Of a DNA stretch of 64,000 nucleotides, positions 46,746 through 56,280 are shown one piece after another. This DNA is from Opitutia bacterium (GTDB lineage Bacteria; Verrucomicrobiota; Verrucomicrobiia; Opitutales; Opitutaceae). Position 1 is the stretch's first letter. Each line of letters opens with the position of its first letter. The stretch lies in contig CANJVR010000007.1 of the NCBI GenBank assembly GCA_947478395.1, positions 59,219 to 123,218 on the forward strand, in the 5' to 3' direction. The position numbers were made by a program, and so were the translations under genes. Below the pieces are notes generated by a model. It searched no databases, was not told where the DNA came from, and saw only the letters and a list, made by a program, of their open reading frames with translations.

Positions 46746-49439
46746 CTAGCCTTTGCCGTCGGCCAAGGTGCCGGGGGCCGGGTTGCGCTGGCGCTGGAAG
46801 GCGGCGGACTGGATCACGCCATCGAGCAGCACCGAGAACTTCCCCTGCTCCTTTTCGAGCTGGGCCACGATCTGGTCGACGGTGGGCAAGTCGTAATATT
46901 CCAAGCCGCGGCCCAAGGCGTAGGTCATGAGCTTTTCGGTGATGCAGCGGTAGTAATCCAGGCGGCGCTCATGCGTGATGATGTGCTTGAGTTCCCGGAC
47001 ATTGGTGAAGGCTTCTCCCGTGGCGAGTTTGCCGGCCGCCATGATGGGCTGCTTCGCCTCGGTGTCGCGCCACATGCCCAGGGCGTTGAAATTCTCGAAC
47101 GCCAGGCCGAGCGGATCCATGCGTGAATGACAGGAGCTGCACAGCGGGCTGCTGCGGTGCGTTGCGAGCAATTCGCGTAGGGTGGGTTCATGGCCGTCGA
47201 TGCCCTTCTTGGCCTCCTCGAGCGCGGGGATGTCGGGCGGCGGCGGGGGCGGCGGGGTGCCGAGGATGTTCTCGAGAACGAACAACCCGCGCTTCACGGG
47301 CGAGGTCCGGGTGGGATTGGAGGTCACCACGAGAATCGCGCCGTCGGTGAGCACGCCTCCGCGCGGGCTGTCCGCGGGCAGATCGACCTTGCGGAAAGTG
47401 TCCCCCGAAACGCCGGTGATGCCATATTGCCCCGCCAACTTCTCATTGAGAAAGGTATAGTTGGCGTCGATCAGCTCGAGCACGCTGCGGTCCTCGCGCA
47501 TGACGTAATCAAAGGCCATTTCGACTTCGGTGCGCATCGCGCGCCGCATCACGCCGTCAAAATCCACGCGCGGGGCGTTGGCGTTGCCGCGCCGGTCGCC
47601 CAGGCCCAGCACCGCGGCGGGATTGATCGGCAGGAATTCGACATCGCGGGCCTCCAGCCACTGGCCGGTGAAATTCTTCACGAACGCCTGCGCCCGGGCA
47701 TCCTTCAGCATGCGGGCGACCTGCGCCGATTGCGTGTTCCGCAGTTCGCCCGTGCCAGCGGCGCGAAACAACTCCTCATCCGGCATCGTGGACCAGAGGA
47801 GATAGGAAAGGCGCGAGGCGAGCGCGTATTGGTCCACCGGGGCGGACCCGGTGGCGGGGGCACCAGCCGGAGCCGGCTCGATGCGGAACAGGAAACGGGG
47901 CGAGGCGAGCACGACCATCGCGGCCTTGGCAAAGCCCTCCTCGAAAGTCTTGCCCGGCTTTTGATAGGTGTTGCGCGCCACCGAGACTAGCTGGTCCAGC
48001 TTGGGTTCGTCCACCGGACGGCGGAAGGCATGGGTCGCGAAACTGCGCAGCACTTCCCGGGCATAGTCGTCACGCGCCTTCGGTTCGGCCGGGGCCGCGC
48101 CCTTCGGAAAGAACCGGGAGTGGTTCTCCGGCGCGATCCAGTATTTCTCCGCCGCCGGACCGTTGATCTGTACCGACGCGATGCGAAGATCGAGGCGGGC
48201 GGCGGTGCGCGCCGCGACCGGAGCCACCTTCAGACCGGCCGGGACGGCCGGATCCAACGCCACATCGGCGGCGTCCAAAATTGCGGGAGGCACGGCGGCG
48301 GCCACGATCGCGGCACCCGGTGTCGGCGTCGCCGGAACGGACGCAGGCGCCACTGGCGTATCGGGCGCAGCGGCAGCGGCGGCCACCGGGACATCGTTGG
48401 CGCGCCCAGGGGCGCCGTTGGATCGCGGCCCGGCGGGCACCGGCACTCCACCGCCGCGCTGGAAGGGCAGTTGCTTCGGAGTCGGGATCGGCTCTAGCGG
48501 TTGGATCTCGAAGGCCACGACGTGATCGCCCGCCGTCAGGTGCGCGGACAGGTCGATGTGGATGGTTTTGTTTTCGCTCCAGATGACTTCTTCCTGATGT
48601 CGCTTCTCGCCGTCCACCGTCATGATGAGATTGCAATGGTTGGGATCGAAATCGAACGAGCCCCTCACCCCCAGCTCGGCGACGATACGGTAATCCTCAG
48701 TGTCCGTGATGGTGTAGGTGTGGGAAACAAGCTCGGCTTTGCCCACCGGCATCTGGTCGGGAGCCCGGCTGCCGTCCTTGCGGAGAAAATCGCGGCCGGC
48801 CGCGGAGCGGACCGCCAGAACTTTTGCCACCTTGGGCACCGCCGTATTCGCGATCTGCTCGGCGGCCTGCAGGTACTTTTCGAGATGGAGCGGCGAGATG
48901 CTGAGGGCGTCGCCAATGTTGTCGAAGCCATGGCCGGTGTCGTCCGGGGGGAATTCCGCTTCACTGTTGAAATCCGTGCCCATCAGTTCGCGGATCGTGT
49001 TGCGGTATTCGATACGGTTGAGCCGCCGTACGGTCACGCGGCCGGGATCGGGATTAGCCGTGTCGAGACCGAGCGCCTGGAATTTGATCCAGTCCGCGAG
49101 ACGGGTGACTTCCTCCGGCGTCGGACGCGGTCCGTCGTCGGGCGGCATCATGCCGGCGCGGACATTCTTCAGCACGGCGAGCCACAGGTCTGGCTTCGCC
49201 TGCAGGTCGGCATCGGACAATTCATCGAACGCGACCTTGCCCTTGTGCGAGCCGTCGCCGTGGCAATCGTAGCAATAGTTCGCCAGCAGGGGTTTGATGT
49301 CGCGGTGAAAATTTACGGCCGTCTGCTTGGCGTCGGCCCCGAGCAGGGTGCTGCCGGCGAAGACGACCAGTGCCGTCAGATTCAGCCAGACAAAAGGACG
49401 GGCAGGGGCGATGGACCGTGAGGGGGCGAGCAAGGGCAT
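46746..49439 (-). CDS. DUF1592 / planctomycete cytochrome-c (PSD/PSCyt) domain protein
   Basis: CYDCH and CSSCH heme motifs, RRLNRIEYRNT, ASPRFLFR, RLSYLLWSTMPD, RTSPVKRG; start at ATG 49439 preferred. Confidence 0.9.
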   Translation of the reverse strand: MPLLAPSRSIAPARPFVWLNLTALVVFAGSTLLGADAKQTAVNFHRDIKPLLANYCYDCHGDGSHKGKVAFDELSDADLQAKPDLWLAVLKNVRAGMMPPDDGPRPTPEEVTRLADWIKFQALGLDTANPDPGRVTVRRLNRIEYRNTIRELMGTDFNSEAEFPPDDTGHGFDNIGDALSISPLHLEKYLQAAEQIANTAVPKVAKVLAVRSAAGRDFLRKDGSRAPDQMPVGKAELVSHTYTITDTEDYRIVAELGVRGSFDFDPNHCNLIMTVDGEKRHQEEVIWSENKTIHIDLSAHLTAGDHVVAFEIQPLEPIPTPKQLPFQRGGGVPVPAGPRSNGAPGRANDVPVAAAAAAPDTPVAPASVPATPTPGAAIVAAAVPPAILDAADVALDPAVPAGLKVAPVAARTAARLDLRIASVQINGPAAEKYWIAPENHSRFFPKGAAPAEPKARDDYAREVLRSFATHAFRRPVDEPKLDQLVSVARNTYQKPGKTFEEGFAKAAMVVLASPRFLFRIEPAPAGAPATGSAPVDQYALASRLSYLLWSTMPDEELFRAAGTGELRNTQSAQVARMLKDARAQAFVKNFTGQWLEARDVEFLPINPAAVLGLGDRRGNANAPRVDFDGVMRRAMRTEVEMAFDYVMREDRSVLELIDANYTFLNEKLAGQYGITGVSGDTFRKVDLPADSPRGGVLTDGAILVVTSNPTRTSPVKRGLFVLENILGTPPPPPPPDIPALEEAKKGIDGHEPTLRELLATHRSSPLCSSCHSRMDPLGLAFENFNALGMWRDTEAKQPIMAAGKLATGEAFTNVRELKHIITHERRLDYYRCITEKLMTYALGRGLEYYDLPTVDQIVAQLEKEQGKFSVLLDGVIQSAAFQRQRNPAPGTLADGKG

Positions 49440-49782
49440 AAGAAAAAGCGGCTGAGGTACGCGGGCGCTGGGGGTGACGGGACGCGGGATTTGGTCCGGG
49501 TTGAGTGCCAATCAGGGAAGGGGGTGAAGTGACGGGAACGTTTGCGATTAGCAATCCCGGACGCAGGGATTTCGGCCCGTGATCGCCCGGACAGACCTCT
49601 TTGGGGTTCTGCGGCGATCCCCAGAAATCTGGGCCACTTTCGATGTTAGTCTGCGGCTCTTGACGGAGCCCGGACCCTCGTTGAGTCCTTTTTTGGTTCC
49701 AGCTGGTGTCCGCCAAATCGGGGCAACCTCATCCGCTTTGAGCCATACCACGCCATACATGTTTCCTCTGTTGGAATGAAGA

Positions 49783-49857
49783 TGGTGCCCCCACGGAGAG
49801 TCGAACTCCGCTTTGGTGGATGAGAACCACCCGTCCTAGCCGATAGACGATGGGGGC
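49783..49857 (-). tRNA. tRNA-Glu (CTC)
   Basis: GCCCCCATCGTCTATCGGCTAGGACGGGTGGTTCTCATCCACCAAAGCGGAGTTCGACTCTCCGTGGGGGCACCA: cloverleaf, GGTGG/CCACC anticodon stem, GTTCGA, encoded CCA. Confidence 0.97.
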
Positions 49858-50179
49858 GTCTGACGGAGGGGAGACGCTCGGGATTTTGCCGGATGCGTCA
49901 AGCGTGGGTTTCAGATAGCGTGGTCCCCAATTCGAAACGACCCGCGATCCAAATCCCTGGGTAAATCGGGGTCTCGAAGGGTGGGGCCTATCGGCTTCCG
50001 CTCGGACGGATTTAGGGTTCGGGCAATACGCAGCGTTTAGGGACTGAGTCTGCCTTCGCGTCCTGTGACGCTTTGATTTGGGCGGGCGCGGTCCGAGTCC
50101 GAAGCCGCCCGACCGAATCGCAGCGGTGCTCCGACACTCTGGACTCGCGGGAAATCGTAACTGGCGCCATTCGTGGGCC

Positions 50180-50370
50180 GTGAATTCGTCCAAACCATTA
50201 TTTTTTGCCCTGCTGGCAGCGTTTTGCCCCCTGCAGGCATCAGCGGCCTCGTTCGGCAGGCTCTATGTATTTGGAGATAGTTACTCGGACTTTGGCGCCG
50301 GGTATGTTGACGGTGACGGACCGACCGCGGTCGCCTATCTGGCTTGGAACATGGGGCTGGAGTTCACCCA
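50180..50370 (+). pseudogene. Truncated SGNH/GDSL hydrolase (signal peptide and block I only)
   Basis: ...LLAAFCPLQASAASFGRLYVFGDSYSDFGAGY..GPTAVAYLA; similarity ends after about 64 codons at an attC-like element; no DxxH block. Confidence 0.7.
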
Positions 50371-50373
50371 AGA

Positions 50374-50432
50374 GCCGAACCGGCGCGTCGCCCACAGCCC
50401 CGAGCGGCCGTCGCACATCTTGAATGTTAGTC
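50374..50432 (+). mobile_element. Degenerate attC-like site 1
   Basis: 59 nt, GCCGAAC ... GTTAGTC ends, next ATG 13 nt downstream; core shares 20/28 nt ungapped with 51041-51068. Confidence 0.55.
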
Positions 50433-50445
50433 ATCCACGTTACCC

Positions 50446-51012
50446 ATGAAATCTCTCACCAGTATCGTCTTCGTTTTGGCTCTCGGTTGCGCCGGCGCCG
50501 TTGCAGCGGAAGGGAGTAAGCCCAAAGCCGCTGAGTCTCCGCTTACGTTCGGCGACGTTAAATATTTCCATCGGTGGTCGAAAGACGATCAGCACGAATT
50601 CACCCCGCGTTTCCAAGAGGATCTCGACCGCTGGGCCGACATGGTGACCATCGATCGCTATCGTAGCGTCGCCGACGGCGAAGGCTTGGCCGCGACGGCG
50701 AATGCGGTCCTTGAGAACTACAAACGTAATCACGCGACGGTGGTGCGGACCGACGCGGTGCCACGCACCACCGAAAAACCGGCCGAGTACATCGTCGTCG
50801 TTATCTTTCCCCGACCCGATTTCATCGAGGCGGTTTTTGCCCGGTTCAAAATCGTCGGCGGGGTGGGCGCGTCTGCGGTCTATGCCCACCGGGAGTATGG
50901 CAAGAAAGTAGGCGAGCAAATGAGTGCGTGGCTGACCAAAAACGGTCCCTTCATCGAGAAAACGCTGATGAGTTGGACCGGGATTCCACTGCCAGATGAT
51001 CCGAAGAAATAA
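50446..51012 (+). CDS. Hypothetical exported protein (cassette-like gene)
   Basis: Signal peptide MKSLTSIVFVLALGCAGAVA; 188 aa with natural composition. Confidence 0.75.
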   Translation: MKSLTSIVFVLALGCAGAVAAEGSKPKAAESPLTFGDVKYFHRWSKDDQHEFTPRFQEDLDRWADMVTIDRYRSVADGEGLAATANAVLENYKRNHATVVRTDAVPRTTEKPAEYIVVVIFPRPDFIEAVFARFKIVGGVGASAVYAHREYGKKVGEQMSAWLTKNGPFIEKTLMSWTGIPLPDDPKK

Positions 51013-51015
51013 AGT

Positions 51016-51076
51016 TTCCCCGCCGTCGCCGGAGCCAGCGGCCCCGCGTGGCCATGGCTCCGCTTGGACTTTTACC
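51016..51076 (+). mobile_element. Degenerate attC-like site 2 (core sites lost)
   Basis: GGAGCCA-GC-GGCC-loop-GGCC-A-TGGCTCC imperfect hairpin filling the intergenic gap; similar to site 1. Confidence 0.45.
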
Positions 51077-51081
51077 GCACC

Positions 51082-51474
51082 ATGAAGCAGAGCATCGGAT
51101 GTGTTGCGGTTTTGGTCACGGACTACGACGAGGCTATTGCCTACTACACCCGGGTGCTGGGCTTTCGAATCGTGCAGGACGACGCGATCACTGCAGGAAA
51201 GCGGTGGGTGGTGGTCGCGCCGCCCGGCGCTTTGGAGGGAGGGCTGTTATTGGCGAAGGCGAAGAATGAAGCGGAGCTGAGTGCGGTCGGGCGCCAAACC
51301 GGCGGCCGCGTTTTTCTGTTTCTGCACACGGACGACTTTTGGCGAGATTACCGCGCGTTTTTGGATCGAGGCGTACGTTTCGCCGAGTCGCCGCGAGAAG
51401 AAGTCTACGGCACGGTCGCGGTGTTCGAGGATCTCTACGGCAATCGTTGGGACTTGCTGCAGCTAAAGAAATAA
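51082..51474 (+). CDS. VOC/glyoxalase family protein
   Basis: VTDYDEAIAYYT, KRWVVVAP, GRQTGGRVFLFLHTDDF, FEDLYGNRWDL. Confidence 0.92.
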   Translation: MKQSIGCVAVLVTDYDEAIAYYTRVLGFRIVQDDAITAGKRWVVVAPPGALEGGLLLAKAKNEAELSAVGRQTGGRVFLFLHTDDFWRDYRAFLDRGVRFAESPREEVYGTVAVFEDLYGNRWDLLQLKK

Positions 51475-51643
51475 TCCGGCCCGACGCCGGAGTCGGGAGC
51501 CGCAGCCGGTGGCGGCGCAGTTCGGACACGGCGTACAATCCGTCGAAACTATCTGCCCCAAATGAGACCCTCGACACAGCGGCGAAACAATAATCCCGAC
51601 GGGATTTACGGTGGCGAATGCGCCGCCACTACGAGTCGCCGTT

Positions 51644-52441
51644 CTACACCTCGATCGTCGCTGCGGGGGCGGTACTGGGGTCAGGATTGATCGCGCGTAG
51701 TCTGGCCGCGATTCGAACGGCCGCTTCATCGCGCGGTTCGAGCGCACTGGCGGGGATGTATTCGCAGCGCATGCGAATCCGGGAAAAAGGCTTCGGGAGA
51801 TAAAAGCGGTCCCAGCTGTTCAACTGCCAGGCCGACGAAAACTCCGCGCCGATCAGCAGGAGCGGGGTCTGGGTGCGGCGGGCGACGATCAATGCGCCCG
51901 CTTTGAAATCGTAGCGCGGCCCGCGCGGCCCATCGGGGGTGATGCCCACGTCATGGCCGGCGCGTAGGACGTCGACCAAGGCCGTCGCCGCTTCGCGGCC
52001 GAGTCGGCTGCTCGAACCGCGGACCGCGTGCATGCCCATTAAGTCGAAGAAGGCATCGAGCCAGGCGCCATCGCGGCTGGCGCTGATGAGGGCGTAGGCG
52101 GGCCGGCCCTGGCGGTAGCGGCGAAAAATCTCGGACGATAAGAACAGCCGGTTGTGCCAAAGGACGAGTGCCACCGGTTCGTCGCGCTTGGTATAATGGC
52201 GGTAATCCTCGGGCGAAGTCTCAAACCGCAGGGTGCGTCCCCACAAATGAAGCAAACCGCCGATCGGCCAGAGCAGCACGCGTCGCCAGCCGGAGATGCG
52301 ATGCACGGACTCCGGGTTGGCGGTGCCGGTTGGGGCGGGGACGATGGGCGCAGGCGTTGATTTCAGGCGGATGGTTCTCGCGCATCCCCTGCGCCGCGCC
52401 AAGCGAAAGTTAACCGCGCCGCGCGTTGACGGGCGATACAA
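51644..52441 (-). CDS. DUF374 / lysophospholipid acyltransferase family protein (true start probably downstream, near 52306-52366)
   Basis: LWHNR, ISASRDG, RGSSSR, ITPDGPRGP, SWDRFYLPKPFS. Confidence 0.85.
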   Translation of the reverse strand: MYRPSTRGAVNFRLARRRGCARTIRLKSTPAPIVPAPTGTANPESVHRISGWRRVLLWPIGGLLHLWGRTLRFETSPEDYRHYTKRDEPVALVLWHNRLFLSSEIFRRYRQGRPAYALISASRDGAWLDAFFDLMGMHAVRGSSSRLGREAATALVDVLRAGHDVGITPDGPRGPRYDFKAGALIVARRTQTPLLLIGAEFSSAWQLNSWDRFYLPKPFSRIRMRCEYIPASALEPRDEAAVRIAARLRAINPDPSTAPAATIEV

Positions 52442-52462
52442 TCGGCGTCACCAAGCCCGGTC

Positions 52463-53002
52463 ATGTCATCGCCGCTTCCGTCCTGTCCGCATCTGCCGTC
52501 GCCGCGCGCGGGACTGGACTGGCGCTCGCTGCATGCATACCGGGATAGGGAGCGAGGCGCGGATTTTTATTTCGGCTGTCTCGAATACGGCCATGCGCTG
52601 TGGCAGCGCGGTTTCGCCGCCCGGGCGTTGCTGTGCCTCGATCGTGCGTTTGCGGCGGAGTTGCAGGGCGACGAGGCGGTATTGGGTGAGTGGCCGCTCC
52701 CTTATGGGGCCACGGCGTGGATGATTCGGAACGCTCCGCCGGACGTTTTTATCGGCAACCCGCGCGTGCATTTTCAGCACTATGCGGATCGCATGAACGA
52801 GCCGCGTCGCGAGCAGCGCCGCTGGCGCGCGTGGGCGTGTTGGGCGCTGACCCGCGCGGTGCGGCCCGAGTTTCCCGCCGACCCGAAGCACGTGGTGGCG
52901 GAGCCGATACGGGAGGAGATTGAAGCGGCGCTGCAGGAATATGGAGTTCCGGGCGAGGCGGTGCTCTGGCGACTCGAGTTGGGGAAATGGAGCCCAAGGT
53001 AG
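52463..53002 (+). CDS. Hypothetical protein
   Basis: 179 aa, fills the gap between genes, W/Y/H-rich conserved-looking motifs (FIGNPRVHFQHYA, WRAWACW). Confidence 0.65.
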   Translation: MSSPLPSCPHLPSPRAGLDWRSLHAYRDRERGADFYFGCLEYGHALWQRGFAARALLCLDRAFAAELQGDEAVLGEWPLPYGATAWMIRNAPPDVFIGNPRVHFQHYADRMNEPRREQRRWRAWACWALTRAVRPEFPADPKHVVAEPIREEIEAALQEYGVPGEAVLWRLELGKWSPR

Positions 53003-53282
53003 GATCGGACCGAAGCCGACGGGGTCAGCCGCTCATGTTTGTGGTCACTGTTTCCACAATCCTGACGCTCCCACCCGTTCGCCGCGTCTGACCTTGCGCC
53101 ACTCGCTCCGATACCACCAGCGCTTGAATCTACCACAAACATTAGGGCTGCCCCCGTCCGGCTGCCCCCGAGCTGGCGCGGCTCGCGGCGTTCCGCGTGG
53201 ACGGTGAGCCGGCATTCGTGCTCGCCGAGCGCCCGGTCGACGTTTCCATTTTCCCGCTCGTGCGCCTCTATCGATTTTCCCC

Positions 53283-54155
53283 ATGAATCCAGTTAACGAC
53301 ACGCCGGTCTGGCTTATCACCGGCTGCTCGAGCGGCCTCGGGCGCGCGCTCGCCTCGCGCGTGCTGGCCCGGGGGCATCGCCTCATCGCGACCGCCCGCC
53401 AAACGGAAACGCTCGCCGAATTGGTCGCCGTGGATCCAAGCCGGTGTCTGGCGCTCGCGCTCGACGTCACGGACGCGCCCCAAGTCGCGGCCGTGGTGGC
53501 CCGGGCCGCGGCGGCCTTTGGCCGGCTCGACGTGGTGGTGAACAACGCCGGCTACGGCCTGGTCGGGGCGGTCGAGGAGTACGACGAGGCGCAAATTATG
53601 CGCAATTTTGAGACGAATTTTTTCGGCGCGCTGCGGGTGATTCGCGCCGCCCTGCCGATCTTGCGCGCCCAGCGGCGCGGACATTTTGTGAACGTGAGCG
53701 CGGCGGCCGTCATCGCCAACTACCCCGGCTTTTCCATCTACGGCGCGACCAAGTGGGCGCTCGAGGGCGTTTCGGAATCACTCGCGGCGGAAGTCCGCCC
53801 GTTGGGATTGAAGGTGACAATGGTGCAACCCGGTCCCTTTCGCACGGATTTCATTGCGCGGTCGCTCGAACGCGCGACTGGGTCGATCGCAGACTACGAT
53901 CCGTCGAGCGGAAAGTTTCGGCGCTTCCTCGAAACGATGAACGGCCGGCAACCGGGTGATCCCGCGAAGGCCGCCGATGCCATCATCGACGCCGTGATCT
54001 CAGAGAATCCGCCGCTGCGTCTCGTGCTCGGCAAATACGCGATCGACAAAGCCCGCCGGAAGCTCGCGGCGGCGGCACGGGAACTCGACGCGGGCGGCGC
54101 CGCCGGCATGGCGACGGATTTCTCACTGGACGGCGATGCGGAGGCGACGCGCTGA
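53283..54155 (+). CDS. Short-chain dehydrogenase/reductase
   Basis: TGCSSGLG, VNNAGYG, YGATK, PGPFRT. Confidence 0.93.
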   Translation: MNPVNDTPVWLITGCSSGLGRALASRVLARGHRLIATARQTETLAELVAVDPSRCLALALDVTDAPQVAAVVARAAAAFGRLDVVVNNAGYGLVGAVEEYDEAQIMRNFETNFFGALRVIRAALPILRAQRRGHFVNVSAAAVIANYPGFSIYGATKWALEGVSESLAAEVRPLGLKVTMVQPGPFRTDFIARSLERATGSIADYDPSSGKFRRFLETMNGRQPGDPAKAADAIIDAVISENPPLRLVLGKYAIDKARRKLAAAARELDAGGAAGMATDFSLDGDAEATR

Positions 54156-54163
54156 GCGTGGCA

Positions 54164-55741
54164 ATGCCAGTGCGTGCGCTCGTGGTCGTGCTCGGGGATC
54201 AGCTGGATGCGGAGTCGTCGGCGCTCGACGGCTTTGATCCCCAACGGGACGTGATCTGGATGGCGGAGGTGGCGGAGGAATCGGAGCACGTCTGGACGAG
54301 CAAACCGCGGATCGCGGTGTTTTTAGCGGCGATGCGGCACTTTCGCGACGCGCAAAAAACACTGGGTCGGCGGGTCAACTACACGGAGCTCGACGCGGCG
54401 GGGAACACGCAGACGCTGGCGGCCGAGTTGGCGCGGGCGGTGGCCGAGTTGAAGCCGGAACGGTTGATCATGACGGAGGCGGGCGAATGGCGCGTGCAGG
54501 CAATGATCACCGCGGCGGCGAAAACGGCGAAGCTGCCCCTGGAGGTGCGGGACGACCGGCACTTTTTTCAGACGAGAGCGGATTTTGCCGCCCACGCCGC
54601 CGGTCGAAAAATGTTACGCATGGAATTTTTCTACCGCGAAGTGCGGCGCAAGCACCGCGTGCTGCTCGACGAAAAAGGCGAGCCCGAGGGCGGGGAGTGG
54701 AATTACGACCACGACAATCGCGGGAGTTTCAAAAAGGGCGGGCCGAAGGCGGAGAAACTGCACGCGCCGGCCCTGACCAAGCCCGATGCGATCACGCGGG
54801 CGGTGCTGGTGCTGGTCGCGCAGCGTTTCGCCAGCCATCCGGGAGAACTCAAGGAGTTCGCGTGGCCAGTGACGCCGGAGGACGCGCGGGCGACGCTGCG
54901 GGATTTTATCGCGGAGCGCCTGCCGAATTTCGGCCAATTTCAGGACGCGATGTGGACGGATGAGCCGTGGCTGTTTCATTCCCGCATCTCGGCGGCGCTG
55001 AATTTGAAATTACTCAACCCGCGCGAAGTCGTGGCGGCGGCAGAGCAGGCGTACCGTGAAGGGAAAGTGCATCTCGCCAGTGCGGAGGGATTTATCCGCC
55101 AGATCCTCGGCTGGCGGGAGTATGTGCGGGGAATCTATTGGCATCACATGCCGCGCTACCTCGCCCTGAACGCGCTGGGAGCGAAGGAGCCCTTGCCCGA
55201 GTTTTACTGGACGGGAAAGTGTGAGATGAACTGTCTGCGGCAAAGCATCGGGCAGACCTTGGAACACGGCTACGCGCATCATATTCAGCGACTGATGGTG
55301 ACGGGGCTCTATGCGCTACTGCTCGGGATTGAACCGCAGCAAATCCATGCGTGGTATCTGGCGGTCTATGTGGATGCGGTCGAGTGGGTGGAACTGCCTA
55401 ACACCCTCGGGATGTCGCAGTATAGTGACGGCGGGATCATGGCCTCGAAGCCGTATGCGGCGACGGGCAAGTATATCGACCGGATGAGCAATTACTGTGC
55501 GGGTTGCCGGTTTGATCCGGCGAAGTCGGTGGGGGAGGACGCCTGCCCGTTTACGACGCTGTATTGGGATTTCCTGCGGCGGCACGAGACGTTGCTCGCG
55601 AAAAACCAGCGGATGGCGTTGCAGGTAAAAAATCTTGCCCGGCTCAAGCCGGAGGATCTTACGGCGATTCAAGCGCGGGCCGGGGAAATCAAGAAAAACG
55701 GCGGGGCGCCGATGCCGGCGGGTGGACTTTTGGCGCTCTAG
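54164..55741 (+). CDS. Fe-S bacterial cryptochrome/(6-4) photolyase (FeS-BCP; CryB / Agrobacterium PhrB type)
   Basis: LGDQL, AMRHF, LRMEFFYR, WNYDHDNR, YAHHIQRLM, YVDAVEWVE; Fe-S cysteines in MNCL, NYCAGC, ACPF. Confidence 0.92.
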   Translation: MPVRALVVVLGDQLDAESSALDGFDPQRDVIWMAEVAEESEHVWTSKPRIAVFLAAMRHFRDAQKTLGRRVNYTELDAAGNTQTLAAELARAVAELKPERLIMTEAGEWRVQAMITAAAKTAKLPLEVRDDRHFFQTRADFAAHAAGRKMLRMEFFYREVRRKHRVLLDEKGEPEGGEWNYDHDNRGSFKKGGPKAEKLHAPALTKPDAITRAVLVLVAQRFASHPGELKEFAWPVTPEDARATLRDFIAERLPNFGQFQDAMWTDEPWLFHSRISAALNLKLLNPREVVAAAEQAYREGKVHLASAEGFIRQILGWREYVRGIYWHHMPRYLALNALGAKEPLPEFYWTGKCEMNCLRQSIGQTLEHGYAHHIQRLMVTGLYALLLGIEPQQIHAWYLAVYVDAVEWVELPNTLGMSQYSDGGIMASKPYAATGKYIDRMSNYCAGCRFDPAKSVGEDACPFTTLYWDFLRRHETLLAKNQRMALQVKNLARLKPEDLTAIQARAGEIKKNGGAPMPAGGLLAL

Positions 55742-55758
55742 CGGCGAGGAGTTGAACA

Positions 55759-55917
55759 ATGCCGAAAATGCGCAAAAAATCCGATCTCCCGACGAAGCCG
55801 TGCGCGGTGTGCGGGCGACCATTCACGTGGCGCAAGAAATGGGCGAAAGTTTGGTAAGACGTGAAGTTCTGCTCGGATGCGTGCCGGATGCGGAAGCACG
55901 AAGGCGCGCGTGGCTGA
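55759..55917 (+). pseudogene. DUF2256 small Cys-rich protein with premature stop
   Basis: [45 protein letters not shown]...; in-frame TAA at 55855-55857. Confidence 0.85.
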
Positions 55918-56280
55918 CGAAGTCTTCCGTTAGAGCGTGCGGATTGCGCGGCCGGCGGCGGAGGTGTTGCCTCGTACGAGATCGGGTCGATTTGGGCGAG
56001 GTGGGTGGGGCTGCCCCGTGCGGCTGCCGCCTGCTTCTCCGGCCGGGGCAAAATAGAATCGACGGGGGCCGGCGCAACTGGCCCCCTGCGGGCAACCCCC
56101 GTTTCGGATTTCGCCACATGCCACCCCGACTGCTGTCTGCGTTGAGCCCGGTTCTCTCCCGTGCCACCGACGTGGCTTATTCCCGCACCCGCTCTTGGAA
56201 CGGACACTTAACGGGCCGGGCGGACAACGCCATTGCTGCGGCGGATCGCCGGGGCCACGTCCGTCACCCGATTTAATCGC

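Noticed and set aside
47856..47865. GGGGGCACCA matching the tRNA 3' end (possible att site)
   Set aside because: Only 10 bp, opposite orientation to the tRNA, and inside an intact CDS.
53035..53142. 11-bp inverted repeat ATGTTTGTGGT/ACCACAAACAT as a MITE
   Set aside because: Single short instance with no target duplication or second copy seen.
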